Source: an uncultured Deinococcaceae bacterium (GTDB taxonomy: Bacteria > Deinococcota > Deinococci > Deinococcales > Deinococcaceae). From it: a stretch of 64,000 nt of DNA. A program made the translations under genes and the position numbers. Location of the stretch: contig CAXULY010000024.1 of the NCBI GenBank assembly GCA_964252075.1, positions 1-64,000 of the forward strand. Reading direction: 5' to 3'. The notes below the pieces were generated by a model that was not told the origin of the DNA, did not search any database, and saw nothing but the letters and a program-made list of their open reading frames with translations. Shown here piece by piece: positions 1-10,657 of the stretch (its first letter is position 1; the number at the start of each line of letters is the position of its first letter).

Positions 1-178
1 GGGGCCACCTTCGTGGCGTCCCTGATCGAGCAGCGGCTGATGGACGGGTTCACGTTCATCGTGTACCCCGTGGCGATCGGGCGGGGCTGCGGGTCTTCAG
101 GGCGTGGACGCCCCTAGCCTTCAGGACTCCACGCGGTCCGCCAATGGCGTCCTGGTGAACACCTACTTACCGGGGTGA
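1..178 (+). pseudogene. 3' part of a dihydrofolate reductase/RibD C-terminal family gene, frameshifted; 5' end lies outside the window
   Basis: Frame 1 reads GATFVASLIEQRLMDGFTFIVYPVAIGRG, matching the family's GGATFxxSL...D...PVxxGxG motif. The C-terminus NGVLVNTYLPG* continues in another frame. Confidence 0.6.
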
Positions 179-1340
179 GGGGCCAACCACGCACCGCCAC
201 ACGCCGGGTGTCGGCAGCCGACCGGCCTGCGGTGGCGTGGAAGGGTCACGCCGGATGCTCAGGCGGTTTGACGCCTCCGCCGTTGACTTGCAGCTGTTCA
301 GGTGTCGCCGTGCCCGCTCAGCGTTCTGGTGCCTGTCAGTGAAGGACACGCGGGTCACCGGTGGTCGGTGCCGTGCACCTGCCGATATCGGGGGGGCTTG
401 TGAGGCACACCTGGCCTTCACGTCCGCCCCGCACCCCACGACAAGGGAGGGCAGGTCGCCCGGAGTGGTTCGTGGGCGGTCGCGGGACGGCCACCTGGGG
501 CGTGGGTGGCGGCAGGTGACCGGCGCGGCGCGCGGTCGGCCGAAGGCGGGCACAGGACCAGGCCCAAAGATCTCGGCACCTCACCGGCGGTCACTGGCGC
601 TCCGGGCGGTGGTGGTGCGGCGGTCGGACCGTGACGACGTACCAGGCAGCTCGCGGTGCTCATTATGCTGGTGGCGTGGGGCCGCGCACCTCCACACCGA
701 CCGCTCCGTCAATGGTCCGCTGGGACGCGACAGTGCACCCACGCAGTGCAGGGGGCCGGACGTGACCTTCCTGCGGTTTCCGCTGACCGTCGACTGGACA
801 AACGCTGGCGTTGCGCCATGAGTCGGGCCGCCCTCGCCTTGTGTAAGCGCCGGTTCGGATGGCCGAAGGACGACCGTGCCGCTGAACCATGACCCCACCG
901 GGCCATTGAGGGGGCGGATTTCGTGCTCGACGGTGTTAAGTGATCTGAACCCAATCCAGGAAATCCGCCTCCGTGCCTTCGTGGCCCGCGTTCGGCCACA
1001 GCTGGGACGCGCTCGCGCCACGCAGCCGCGCGAGGTGGTTCTCGACGGAGCCGGTGTGCCCGGCGCCCAGCCAGCCCTGGGACGCGTCGGCGCCCTTCGT
1101 CCACTTGCAATTGTCCTGCTCGGTGCCCACGTGACCGTTGGACCGCGCCACTTCGTGCGCGCTGTGCGTGGCGCTTGCAGGGGCGGGGTTGGCAGCGGTC
1201 ATGTCTGCTCCCCGTGCGCCACGTCATTTCGTCATGCCATACGGGCGCCTTTGAGGCAAAACGAAGCGCCGGACGTGGAATCGTCTGGCGCTGTTCGGTG
1301 CTTGCGGTTGGTGTGCTGCCGGCTGCAGCGGCCTTCCGAA

Positions 1341-2018
1341 TCAGGCTTCGGGGTGGATGGAGTACCCCACACCGTGCACGGTGCGCAACATGCTGTATCC
1401 ATTCACATGCCGTAACTTGGCGCGCAGGTTCGACATGTGCGCGACCAGCACCGTGCTGTCCTCCGACAACTGGCCTTCCCACACCTGTTCCACCAGGTCC
1501 TTGTGGCTGACAACCCGACCTGGTTGCTGCATCAACACCTTCAGGATCCGGAACTCGGTGGGCGACAGCCGCAATTCAGTTTCACCATGGCGCACCTGGT
1601 GTCGCTGCGGGTCGAGGACGAGGCGCCCGGCGGTCAGCACGTGGCCTTTCTGCGCGCGCAGCTGCACCTGGATGCGGGCCAGCAGCTCGCTGAGGTGGAA
1701 GGGCTTGGTGACGTAGTCGTTTGCGCCCAACTCCATGAGCCGCACCTTTTCACGCACGTCGTCGCGCGCGGTCAGGACGATGATGGGCACGCTGCAGATG
1801 CGGCGCAGGCGCTTGAGGACGGTCCCGCCGTCAACGTCCGGCAGGCCGAGGTCCAGCAGGATCAAGGCGGGGCGTTCATACCGCGCCAGGGTCAAGGCGA
1901 CGGTCCCGGTGTCGGCGTGCAGCACCTGGTACCCAGCGCCGGTGAGGTCGAGCCGCAGGAGGTGCGCGATGTCCGGGTCGTCCTCGATGGTCAGGATGCG
2001 CACGCAGGACATACGCAT
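1341..2018 (-). CDS. OmpR-family response regulator (REC + winged helix), similar to Deinococcus DrRRA; no kinase beside it
   Basis: IEDD, LLDLGLPD, LTAR, DYVTKPF and LRTVHGVGY motifs; VAHMSNLRAKLR segment resembles DrRRA. Confidence 0.93.
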   Translation of the reverse strand: MRMSCVRILTIEDDPDIAHLLRLDLTGAGYQVLHADTGTVALTLARYERPALILLDLGLPDVDGGTVLKRLRRICSVPIIVLTARDDVREKVRLMELGANDYVTKPFHLSELLARIQVQLRAQKGHVLTAGRLVLDPQRHQVRHGETELRLSPTEFRILKVLMQQPGRVVSHKDLVEQVWEGQLSEDSTVLVAHMSNLRAKLRHVNGYSMLRTVHGVGYSIHPEA

Positions 2019-2984
2019 GAGTATCGCACCCCTGACGGGGACGCCCGGACCTCACGTCCGTTCGTGCATCCGTCGGGGTGGCAGGAGGGGAAACCGAGCG
2101 GGTCGGGCGGCGTCCCTGGTCGCGGGCCTGCAGGTGCGCGTTTACCGCCGTGGCCACCTGACGGGCCATGCTGGCGGCGGCCGGTCCCTCGTCATCGTGC
2201 ACCGCGACGGTGCAGGCGTGCGGCGCGAGGACCGACGGTGTGGGTATGAAGCGCAGGCGCGCCAGGATTTCGAACAGGAACGCCGTGCCCGCGCACGCCA
2301 GGAAGGTCACGACGCCCAGAGGCCGGTCACGTGGGACAAGAACAGCTGGCCGACCGACCCGCCGGACCACGGGGCCAGCGCGAACCACACACTGAGCGCG
2401 CGGGGCACCGCCCACCGGAACCAGAAGCGGGTGCGGGCGACGGCCCGCCCGTTCGGCAGCAGCGGCCGATTGTGGTCGATGGCGGCTTTGATGAACGACA
2501 CCACCGGCACCACGACGCGGGCGATGTGCAGTGGGCCACACCCCCACACGCTGAGGGTGGCGCTGCTGATGGCCGGGATGATTTGCGCGTGCGCCTGCCT
2601 GCCGAGCAGCGCGAACACGCCCAGCCAGGCGAGCAGGGGAGAGGAGCGCGGAGTGGACGGTGGTGCGCGTGTGCATCCGGCCTTCGGAGGCAGTGCGGGT
2701 GGAGACGGATGGCGTGCTGTTGTCCCCTTTTGTCACAGAGCGCCGCCCGAAGGCGCGAGCAGGAGGGGCGAGGTCAATAGAACGCGCACCTTCGATGCCT
2801 CCAGCGCAGTGGTGGCGCTGCTGGCGGAACAGGGGAACACGCAGCCCGCCACAGCGCAGATCACAGCGGTCGCTGGTGGGCCGTCCAGCAAGCAGGGGCA
2901 AGAGGGAATCGAGGAGCGGTGATCTGAAACCACCCGGAATGCTGCTCGCCCGTCTGGAGGCATTCGGCGTCTGATGCCGGCGTC

Positions 2985-3014
2985 TTGACAGGCAAGCCAC
3001 CACTTGCCTAAGCT
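2985..3014 (+). promoter_or_regulatory. Leaderless promoter with overlapping operator for the ArsR-VOC operon
   Basis: TTGACA at 2985-2990, 18-bp spacer, TAAGCT at 3009-3014, GTG start 6 nt downstream. Inverted repeat AGGCAAG-N6-CTTGCCT at 2990-3009. Confidence 0.7.
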
Positions 3015-3020
3015 GAGCGC

Positions 3021-3308
3021 GTGGCCGACCTGTTCGAAGCGCTCGCCACCCCCGCCCGGCGCGCCATCCTCGACGCCCTCCGCGAGCGAGACGGCCAGAC
3101 GCTCTTCGAACTCTGCGCCCGCCTCGCCCTGCACCACGACCTGACCCTCACCCGACAGGCGGTCTCTCAGCACCTCGCGGTGCTCGAATCCGTCGGGCTC
3201 CTCACCACCCGGCGCGAGGGTCGCTCCAAATACCACCACCTGGACACCACGCCGCTCCACGCCATCGTGGACCGCTGGCTGCGCCCGCCCTCAAGAGGAG
3301 AGTCATGA
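3021..3308 (+). CDS. ArsR/SmtB family transcriptional regulator
   Basis: LFEALATPARRAILDAL...RQAVSQHLAVLESVGLL...REGR; overlaps the next gene by ATGA. Confidence 0.9.
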   Translation: MADLFEALATPARRAILDALRERDGQTLFELCARLALHHDLTLTRQAVSQHLAVLESVGLLTTRREGRSKYHHLDTTPLHAIVDRWLRPPSRGES

Positions 3309-3691
3309 AGATCGTGCTGACAAACGTGTTTGTGGACGACCAGGAGAAGGCCTTGCGGTTCTACACCGACACCCTCGGCTTCGAACCAAAGCATGACATT
3401 CCCCTCGGGACGTACCGGTGGCTCACCCTGGTGTCCTCGGGCGACACAGACGGAGTGGAACTGCTGCTGGAACCCGACCAGCATCCCGCCGTTCCGCCGT
3501 TCAAGCGCGCCCTGGTGGAAGACGGCATTCCGTACGCCTCCTTCGACGTGCCGGACGTTCAGGCAGAGTACGACCGGCTGCAGCGCCTGGGGGTTCAGTT
3601 CACGCAGCCACCCGTGAACATGGGTCCCGTCACGACGGCGGTGCTGGACGACACGTGCGGCAACCTCATCCAGATCACGCAACGGCACTGA
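3305..3691 (+). CDS. VOC (glyoxalase/bleomycin resistance) family protein
   Basis: VFVDDQEKALRFYTDTLGF...DTCGNLIQI; GAGGAG RBS. Confidence 0.92.
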   Translation: MKIVLTNVFVDDQEKALRFYTDTLGFEPKHDIPLGTYRWLTLVSSGDTDGVELLLEPDQHPAVPPFKRALVEDGIPYASFDVPDVQAEYDRLQRLGVQFTQPPVNMGPVTTAVLDDTCGNLIQITQRH

Positions 3692-4012
3692 GGGCCAGCT
3701 CAGCACGGCAGCTGGTGCTGACGCCCTGATCTGTACGTGTCCCACTGCCACAAGTTGCTTTCCTCGCTCCAGGAGCGGCTCCAATCGGTGTTTGTCCTGT
3801 TTTGACATCCATTCGGACGGCCACCAATCGACGACGGAACACGGCGAAGAAAGAGGAGGGAGCCCGCAAGCCCAAAGGGCGAGGTGACGGGCGGCGCACT
3901 GAAAGGAATGGCCGCCGTCCATGTGGTTCTCGCGAACGAGGCACTGCTCGGGTGTCGATCGGATTGCGACCGACCATCCAAAACGCACGTGCACGCCGTC
4001 CCAGGTTTCAAG

Positions 4013-4140
4013 GCACGAGCAAACCGTCCAACGGGGAGGGCGCGAAAGTGGTGCTGCGCGACGCCTGTCGTGACTCCGCCCAGATCAGCGTCGGCGGGAA
4101 GCGCCTCACCACCAGCGGCGCCACCAAAGCCGAACTGATC
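4013..4140 (+). pseudogene. Remnant of a tyrosine integrase N-terminal (arm-binding) region
   Basis: KPSNGEGAKVVLRD...AQISVGGKRLTTSGATKAE resembles the typical integrase start KRANGEGSI...WxAxIxVGGKRK...GKTKxEA. No catalytic domain follows. Confidence 0.45.
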
Positions 4141-4662
4141 TTGCCGGCAACCGGGTGGACCTTCCCAGCCCTGAGCGGTCACGGGCGTGCCAAAAACGTG
4201 CGGTGACGGCGGTCCTTGAAGGTGGACCATTCTGCGGGGTCACTCCGGAGCAGCACTCCTGGGGTGCGGGGTCACTCGGCGTCCTGGCGCTGGCGGTGTT
4301 TCAGCGGCCCGGGCTCGGCGTCGGTGAGGCTGCTCAGGTCGAGCGGCGGGCGGGGCGAGGGGCGAACTGTCCTTCCCGGTGAGTTCGAGGCGCGTGCGGC
4401 CCCACCGTTGTGGCGCGCTGCACTTGAGGCAGAAGAGGTCGGCCTTGCCGGGCTCGTCCGCGCCGCGCGTCCAATCGTCGCAGGTGGCGGGCGTGATGCC
4501 GACGTCGTCTCAGCAGGTGTCGATCCACTGGCCGGCGCAGGGCGCCTTGATGAACCGCTGCTGCAGCTCAGGGTGCGTTTCGCCTTGTGGCCCGCCACGC
4601 GGTGGCCGTTTTCGTTGGTGTGCTTGGTGTTGCCGACTCACGCCTGCGGGGTACCGTGAGGC

Positions 4663-4977
4663 GTGAGTCGTTTGGACGTTTTGGTGGGAGACCTGGAGCA
4701 GGTCCAGAAGGAATGGCGCGCCGCGTCGGCGGTTGTGCACGGCCACCGGGGCGTCCAGCAGAGTGGCCGGGCGTGGACGCTGAAGGGCCGGGAGCTGCAG
4801 GCGGCCCTGGGACAACTGACGCGGTGGGAGGTGCAGTTGGACGATCTGGTGGTGCTGGTGCAGGCCCTGCACGCCGGGAAGGAACGCGATGTGACGCTCA
4901 TCGACCGTCAACGCGTGGTGCTGCTCGACCTTCAGGGGAAGTTGAAGGCGCTGCTGGTGGCGTTCTCGGTCGCCTGA
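4663..4977 (+). CDS. Hypothetical helical protein
   Basis: 104-aa ORF with high GC3 codon usage and amphipathic helices. Confidence 0.55.
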   Translation: MSRLDVLVGDLEQVQKEWRAASAVVHGHRGVQQSGRAWTLKGRELQAALGQLTRWEVQLDDLVVLVQALHAGKERDVTLIDRQRVVLLDLQGKLKALLVAFSVA

Positions 4978-5159
4978 GCCAGCGGTGATGAGGGCCGTGG
5001 GCTTGGGGGCGCGGGCGTCCGCCCGTTCAGCTTGAGCAGGCGCAGGGACGAGGTGGATGTGGGCGCGCCGTGCCGCGCGGATGGAGGGCTCTCAGGCTCG
5101 GCTGCGCGTGAACGAACGCTTCAGACGCCACGCCACGCGGGCTGCTTAGGATAAGCTTC

Positions 5160-5636
5160 ATGGTGACCATGCACACCCTTGAGCTGGCCCTTCAACGCGC
5201 CCGTTCAGAGTGGGAAGACACCCGTGTGCTCCGGCGGCAACTGCGCCGTCCTCGACATGCCGCCGCCGGAGAGCGGCGTGCCTTCGATCGGCTGCTCGTT
5301 GAAGCGCGAACGGTGCTCAGTGAAAGCGATGCGCTGCTGGGTGACCTCGAACTGGTGCTGGGCACCGTCCATGACCCGGCGCTGCTCTCCATCCAGGTGT
5401 CGCGCGTCCTGACGCTGCGCGCGCGCCTCAGTGACCTGCGCGAGGTTCTTCAGCACCACAGGCCGTGGCTCAGCACAACGCGTGTTGCAGCGGACGTGCA
5501 GTCCCACCGCGCACGGCATCAGCGGCGGCACGCTGTTCTTGAGGCCTGCCCAGGTGTGCACGACGTCGTCCACCGCGTTCCTGGCGCCGACGAACTGGTC
5601 GTCGGGGAACGAGCCGACGCACTTCAGTTCGTCTAG
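5160..5636 (+). CDS. Hypothetical protein (coiled-coil rich)
   Basis: 158-aa ORF directly after a TAAGCT -10 element; protein-like composition in the N-terminal two thirds. Confidence 0.5.
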   Translation: MVTMHTLELALQRARSEWEDTRVLRRQLRRPRHAAAGERRAFDRLLVEARTVLSESDALLGDLELVLGTVHDPALLSIQVSRVLTLRARLSDLREVLQHHRPWLSTTRVAADVQSHRARHQRRHAVLEACPGVHDVVHRVPGADELVVGERADALQFV

Positions 5637-6190
5637 GTTCAGGAGGCGCGGCCAGTGCCAGGGCGGGGTCACATCACACGCATCGGAACAACGCCAGGCG
5701 CGCGGCTTCGATGTGCAAAGAAGGAGCTCACAGGCGCGATTCGGTCGGCTGGATGAACGGGTGGGGTCTGCCTCCTGGCCCTGCGTCTCCTGCGGGTCGA
5801 CCTGCCCGCTCCCGGCAGGACGGCCCGTCGCCCGGGTCGCTGCGGCGTGGACCCAGCGCGTCACCTCCCCCAGGGCGCTGGGGGATGACGCGGGCGCGCA
5901 GGACGCCGGTGCCGCCCCGGCCCGCCGCCTGCCGTGACGCGGCACACCATGTGCCCCTCCCTGATGTGCAGATGCTTCGGTATGACCATGACGCCGCCTG
6001 AACTGCCCGTGCAGGGGTCTGGACGGAGGGGAGACCCAGAACCCACGTCCCCGGCGCGCCCCCTCGGGTGGGCGGCCCGCGAGGTCCAGGGTGAGCGCCC
6101 CGCGACGGCGCCTTCCGTCCCGCCGTGTACCCGGGCGACCGTCGGTCCACCAAGGGGCAGCCGGGCCGCGCGCCCCTCGTCGGGAGGTGA

Positions 6191-7309
6191 ATGGTGAACG
6201 GCGCTGACGACGTCGCCCCCCCGCACGTGCTGCTCGTCGGCCCGCAGGCCGACGCCCTGGAGCGCGAACTCCGCCAGCGCCTCCCAGCAGCGCAGGACTG
6301 GCACCTGCGCCACCAGACGAACCCCCGCGACCTCCCCCGCGGCATCCCACACCCGCCCCCCGACCTGATCGTGCTGCTGTTCGAGCACCTGACGGACGCC
6401 ACGCCCGCATGGTTCGAGTTCGCCAAAGTCACGTGGCCGCGCGCGTTCTTCGTGCTGGTCACGCCACTGCCCCGGTCGGCGCTGCAGGCGCTCTTCGAGC
6501 GGTACGGGGACGCGCCGGTCATCGCCCCCACGGTCGGTTCGGTGTGCCTGGCGGTCGGCCGGGAGGTGCAGGCGCTCAACCGCGGGTCCCTGCGGGGCCT
6601 GGCCCTGCCGAACCTGCTGCAGGTGATGCAGTGGGAAGCCAAAAGCCTCGCCGTGCGCGTCCAGGGCGGCGAGCGGTGGGGCCGCCTGCACCTGTTCCAG
6701 GGCCGCCTGGTGGACGCCTGGGTGCATCAGGGCCCGCAGGCGGGGGAGGACGCGGTGTACGAGATGCTGTCGTGGATGAACGTCACCCTGACGGTCGAGC
6801 GGTCCTACCGCAACCTGCGGCCGGTGATCGACGTGCCGCTGACGCACCTGCTGATGGAGGGCCTGCGGCGGCAGGATGAACGACAGCGCGCCCCCGACGC
6901 GCCGCGACGCGAGCCAGCCGGTGACGTTCCCGCGCCGGACGCGGCTGAGCCACCCCACGCCGCCCTGGAGGCCCTTGTGCGGGGCGTGGAGGGCGTGCGG
7001 GCCGCGGCGCTGCTGCGCGTGGGCCCGGAGGCGGTGCAGGTGGTCGCTCAGGTCGGCGAGGGGCCGGCCCGCGAGGAGGCGGCCGCGGGCGCGAGTGACG
7101 TGCTGCACGCGCTCCTCGCGGGCCTGCAGGGCCTGGGTGCAGGGGGGGCGTTCGAGGACCTGGTCATCACGCTGAACGACCAGCACCACCTGATCTGCCC
7201 GCTGCCCCGGGAGGACCTGGCGGTGTCGGTGGTGCTGAGCCGCGCGCACAGCAGCGTGGCCCTGGCGCGGCGCGCGCTGAAGACCCAGCTGGCACACCTG
7301 GTAGGGTGA
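6191..7309 (+). CDS. Degenerate receiver-like + DUF4388 + Roadblock/LC7 domain protein
   Basis: GSLRGLALPNLLQVMQWE...GRLHLFQGRLVDAW...GEDAVYEMLSW (DUF4388); FEDLVITLNDQHHLICPL...VALARRALK (roadblock); GGAGG RBS. Confidence 0.8.
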   Translation: MVNGADDVAPPHVLLVGPQADALERELRQRLPAAQDWHLRHQTNPRDLPRGIPHPPPDLIVLLFEHLTDATPAWFEFAKVTWPRAFFVLVTPLPRSALQALFERYGDAPVIAPTVGSVCLAVGREVQALNRGSLRGLALPNLLQVMQWEAKSLAVRVQGGERWGRLHLFQGRLVDAWVHQGPQAGEDAVYEMLSWMNVTLTVERSYRNLRPVIDVPLTHLLMEGLRRQDERQRAPDAPRREPAGDVPAPDAAEPPHAALEALVRGVEGVRAAALLRVGPEAVQVVAQVGEGPAREEAAAGASDVLHALLAGLQGLGAGGAFEDLVITLNDQHHLICPLPREDLAVSVVLSRAHSSVALARRALKTQLAHLVG

Positions 7310-7489
7310 GCGGCGCGCCCATGCGGCGGTCTTTGAGCGCCGGAGGCGCGTGTGGGATTGGGGCGTGAAGAGGCGGCCGTCTGCTGGCCCCACCGTCGGC
7401 GTGAGGGTAGATGACCGCCGAGGCCGTGGTGCCGCGTCAACCCCAACGGTGATCAGGTGCCCGTTCGGATGGGGTCGTGAGGTGCGGGA

Positions 7490-7833
7490 TGGAGCGTTGC
7501 TCCAGCGTCTCCACGCCTTCCGTGCTGACCTCAGGGGCGCCGCCAGGGTCAGCGCGCTCGTCACGATGGCCCGGTGACGCCCTCTGCGTCAGCGCACGGA
7601 CGAACGCACAGTCGACCTCCAGCGCCATGCACGGCCACTGCACCGCCATCAGTGATGCGTCCCCCATCCCGAAGTCATCCAGAAAATGCCTCACCCGCCC
7701 GCGGAAAATCCAGCAGGTCACGGTCCATGACATCCAGGTCCAGGCCCTCCACGAAAGGGGACGCCAGCAGGTGCGCCTGTGGGTTAGTGAATCCGCGCGT
7801 CACTTCGTCCGCATCGACGTCTTCCTGTGGTGA
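7490..7833. pseudogene. Fragmented EAL (c-di-GMP phosphodiesterase) domain remnant
   Basis: Minus strand: VRHFLDDFGMGDASL...LEVDCAFVRAL and EVSTEGVETLEQ. Plus strand: VRLWVSESARHF, resembling VNVSARQF. Confidence 0.6.
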
Positions 7834-7978
7834 GAAGCGGAGGGCGCTTGAGGCGGGAGCTGGATGACCTTCGAGACATGTCGTTGGGTGGCGTGGGGAG
7901 TGGCGTCGGGCAGGTCGTGTGCGGTTGGCGTAGAGCCACGGATGGCACACATTCAGACGGCCACAGACCTCCCGCGAA

Positions 7979-8009
7979 CCTTGACAAATTAATTTGTCAA
8001 GGGTACGCT
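7979..8009 (+). promoter_or_regulatory. Promoter with a perfect 24-bp palindromic operator
   Basis: CCTTGACAAATT|AATTTGTCAAGG at 7979-8002. TTGACA, 17-bp spacer, TACGCT; GTG start at 8016 (leaderless). Confidence 0.85.
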
Positions 8010-8015
8010 CACGTC

Positions 8016-8615
8016 GTGCTCGACATCCAGGTCATCGAAGACCCAGCCGCCGCGACGGTGGCCCTCGAACCGACGCGCAACCACCTCCTCTCCGCCCTCC
8101 ACACCCCCGCCTCGGCCGCCACCCTCGCCACCCGCGTCGGCCTCACCCGCCAGAAAGTCAACTACCACCTGCACGCCCTGGAAGCGCACGGCCTGGTGCA
8201 CCTCGCCGAAGCACGCCCGTGGGGCGGCCTGACGGAACGCCTGCTCGTCGCCACGGCCGCCTCGTACGTGGTGTCTCCCAGTGCCCTCGGCCCCGTCGCG
8301 GTGGACCCGGACCGGGACCTCGACCGGCACTCCGCGGGGTACCTCATCGCCCTCGGCGCGCGCCTCGTCCGCGAAGTCGGCCACCTCGTCCGCCGCGCGC
8401 AGCAGACGGGCAAGCGCCTCGCCACCTGGTCGGTCGACACCGAAGTGCGCTTCCGGTCTGCCGCGGACCGCGCCGCGTTCACCGCTGAACTCACCGAAGC
8501 CACCCTGGCCCTCATCGCGAAATACCACGACGACGCGCCCGGCGCCCGCGCCCACCGCCTGCTGGTCCTGTCACACCCCCTCCCGCAGACCCCCCAGCCC
8601 AAGGAGCCCTCATGA
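8016..8615 (+). CDS. ArsR-like helix-turn-helix transcriptional regulator
   Basis: MLDIQVIEDPAAATVALEPTR...SAATLATRVGLTRQKVNYHLHALEAHGLV. Confidence 0.9.
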   Translation: MLDIQVIEDPAAATVALEPTRNHLLSALHTPASAATLATRVGLTRQKVNYHLHALEAHGLVHLAEARPWGGLTERLLVATAASYVVSPSALGPVAVDPDRDLDRHSAGYLIALGARLVREVGHLVRRAQQTGKRLATWSVDTEVRFRSAADRAAFTAELTEATLALIAKYHDDAPGARAHRLLVLSHPLPQTPQPKEPS

Positions 8616-9445
8616 GCGTGAAGGTCGAAGCATCAGGACGTCGGTCCATCCAGGTGGACGCCGAAGTGCCCGGCACGCCCCAGGACGTCTGGCCAGCCAT
8701 CGCCACCGGTCCGGGCCTCTCGTCGTGGTTTGCGCCGACGGACGTCGAGGTGCAGGGCGGCGTCCCCACCGCGCTGACGTCGACGCTCGGCCCGGGCATG
8801 ACGTCCCGGTCCATGGTGACCGCCTGGAACCCGCTGCACTCATTTACCACCCAGGCCGCTGGGTGGTTTCCCGGCTCGCCGCCCGTCACCACCGAATGGA
8901 CAGTCGAAGCGCAATCCGGAGGCACCTGCATAGTCCGGGTGGTGCAGAGCCTTTACGCCAGCACGGACGACTGGGACGACCAGCTGATCGGCAGCGAAGC
9001 GGGCCTGCCCGGCGCCCTGCGCCTGCTGCGCCAGCACCTCACGCACTTCCGCGGTCAGCGCGCGGCGTTCATGCAGGTCATGGCACCGGCCGCCGACACC
9101 CCAACGGACGCGTGGGCGAAGCTGACCGCCGCCCTGGGCCTCAACGGCGTGGATGCCGGGCAGTCTTGGACCGCGCCGGCCGGCGTGCCGGCGCTGGGCG
9201 GCGTGGTGGAGCACGTCGATCAGGACCCACCGGGCGTGCTGCTGCGCCTCGACGCCCCGACGCCCGGGACGGCGGCCGTGTTCACGATGGACCTGGGCGA
9301 GTCCGTCATGGCCGCAATGAGCTTCTTTCTGTACGGCGATCAAGCGGCCGATACCGTCGCTCAGGAGACCCCAAGGTGGCAGGCGTGGATGCAGGAGCGC
9401 TTCCACCACCCGGCCGAACGGAGCCCAAGCGAGAAGCGGCGCTGA
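8612..9445 (+). CDS. SRPBCC (START/Aha1-like) domain protein
   Basis: EVPGTPQDVWPAIATGPGLSSWF motif; AAGGAG RBS; ATGA overlap with the regulator gene. Confidence 0.88.
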   Translation: MSVKVEASGRRSIQVDAEVPGTPQDVWPAIATGPGLSSWFAPTDVEVQGGVPTALTSTLGPGMTSRSMVTAWNPLHSFTTQAAGWFPGSPPVTTEWTVEAQSGGTCIVRVVQSLYASTDDWDDQLIGSEAGLPGALRLLRQHLTHFRGQRAAFMQVMAPAADTPTDAWAKLTAALGLNGVDAGQSWTAPAGVPALGGVVEHVDQDPPGVLLRLDAPTPGTAAVFTMDLGESVMAAMSFFLYGDQAADTVAQETPRWQAWMQERFHHPAERSPSEKRR

Positions 9446-9646
9446 TCAGGATTTGAATCCTGGTCTTCCCTCCATGCCCGCCCTGAGTTGAGTCCGGTCG
9501 CGAGACATAGGCGACGCCCCTGTGGGATGGCCCAAGGAGCGGTCTGCCCCGCGCGGCGCCACACGCTGGGGCCACCCCTCCAGCGCGTTGTCAGGTTTCC
9601 GTGAGGCGGCCTCCGGCATGCTGAGCTCACCGCCCAGGCGACCCTT

Positions 9647-9800
9647 ATGACCCACATGATGCACCCAACGGCCGCTTCCGACGCGCGCACCCGCGCCGCA
9701 GAAGACATCCTGCGCCTCACGCAGCACGCGCTCGCCGTGCCGGACCTCGCGGCGGCCGTCGAACCCACCCTCGAGGAACTCATTCAGCGCACCGCCGCAT
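9647..9800 (+). pseudogene. Truncated N-terminus of a GAF/HD-GYP type signalling protein
   Basis: EDILRLTQHALAVPDLAAAVEPTLEELIQRTAA resembles Deinococcus GAF-HD-GYP N-termini; the frame becomes non-protein-like after about 9800. Confidence 0.4.
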
Positions 9801-10228
9801 CGACGTGCACGTGCCAGCCCTCCTGCCGCCCCATGATCCGAACGGACAGGTCCTGCGCCACGGGCGGCCGCGCACGCCGGCCCCTCACCAGCGAAAAGCG
9901 GTCCGGGGGGGCAAGGGGGAAACCCAGTTCCGCGATGACCTCCCCGAAGGCATGCTGCCATTCCTGCTCGCTGGCCATGTACGTCCACCGTACCGCAGGG
10001 GCGCCCGCGCGCAGCGGAGCAGGCCTGGACGCGCCTTCATGTCCTGCACCTGCGCGGGTGGGCGAGCAGGTAGTCGCTCTGTCATGAGCACGCACAGGCC
10101 ATCAGTGAAACGACGCTCCGCACCGAATCGTCGGGCCCATGTCCGAAGGGAATCGGCCCCTGGCCGTGCGGGCGCGACGCGCGTGATCCGCAGTTGATCG
10201 GATCCAGCATCGGCGAAGATGGAGTGCC

Positions 10229-10657
10229 ATGGAGATGAAGCCGCTGCGGAAAAAAGTCAACGGTCGGCCACGGTTCGAGCGGCACGTGCTGCTGTGCACC
10301 GGCCAGCAGGGCGAGGGCGTCACCTGCTGCGCCCGCAGCGAAGGGCAAACCACACTGGCGTACCTCGGGAAGCGCGTTCAGGCGTTGAAGAAGCTCGGGC
10401 GGCACGTCTACATCACCGAGGCGGCCTGCCTGCGCTTCTGCCGCGGCGGGCCGCTGATGGTCGTGTACCCGGAGGGCACCTGGTCCGCGGGCGTCACGCC
10501 AGGGGTGTGCGAACGCATCATCCAGGAGCACCTCCTCAACGGGCGTGTGGTCGCGGAGATCGCCATCACCGACCATTGGCTCGCCCCAGCTGGATCCGAG
10601 CCTTCCGGAAACGACGAATCCGGGAGGGCGGGACCAGCGATGGACGAACGTGAATGA
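10229..10657 (+). CDS. Thioredoxin-like [2Fe-2S] ferredoxin
   Basis: HVLLCTG...CC...CLRFCRGGPLMVVYPEGTW...IIQEHLLNGRVV. Confidence 0.88.
   Translation: MEMKPLRKKVNGRPRFERHVLLCTGQQGEGVTCCARSEGQTTLAYLGKRVQALKKLGRHVYITEAACLRFCRGGPLMVVYPEGTWSAGVTPGVCERIIQEHLLNGRVVAEIAITDHWLAPAGSEPSGNDESGRAGPAMDERE

Noticed and set aside
2101..2680. Membrane protein gene on the minus strand
   Set aside because: Hydrophobic segments are scattered over several frames with no recognisable family; at most a decayed pseudogene.
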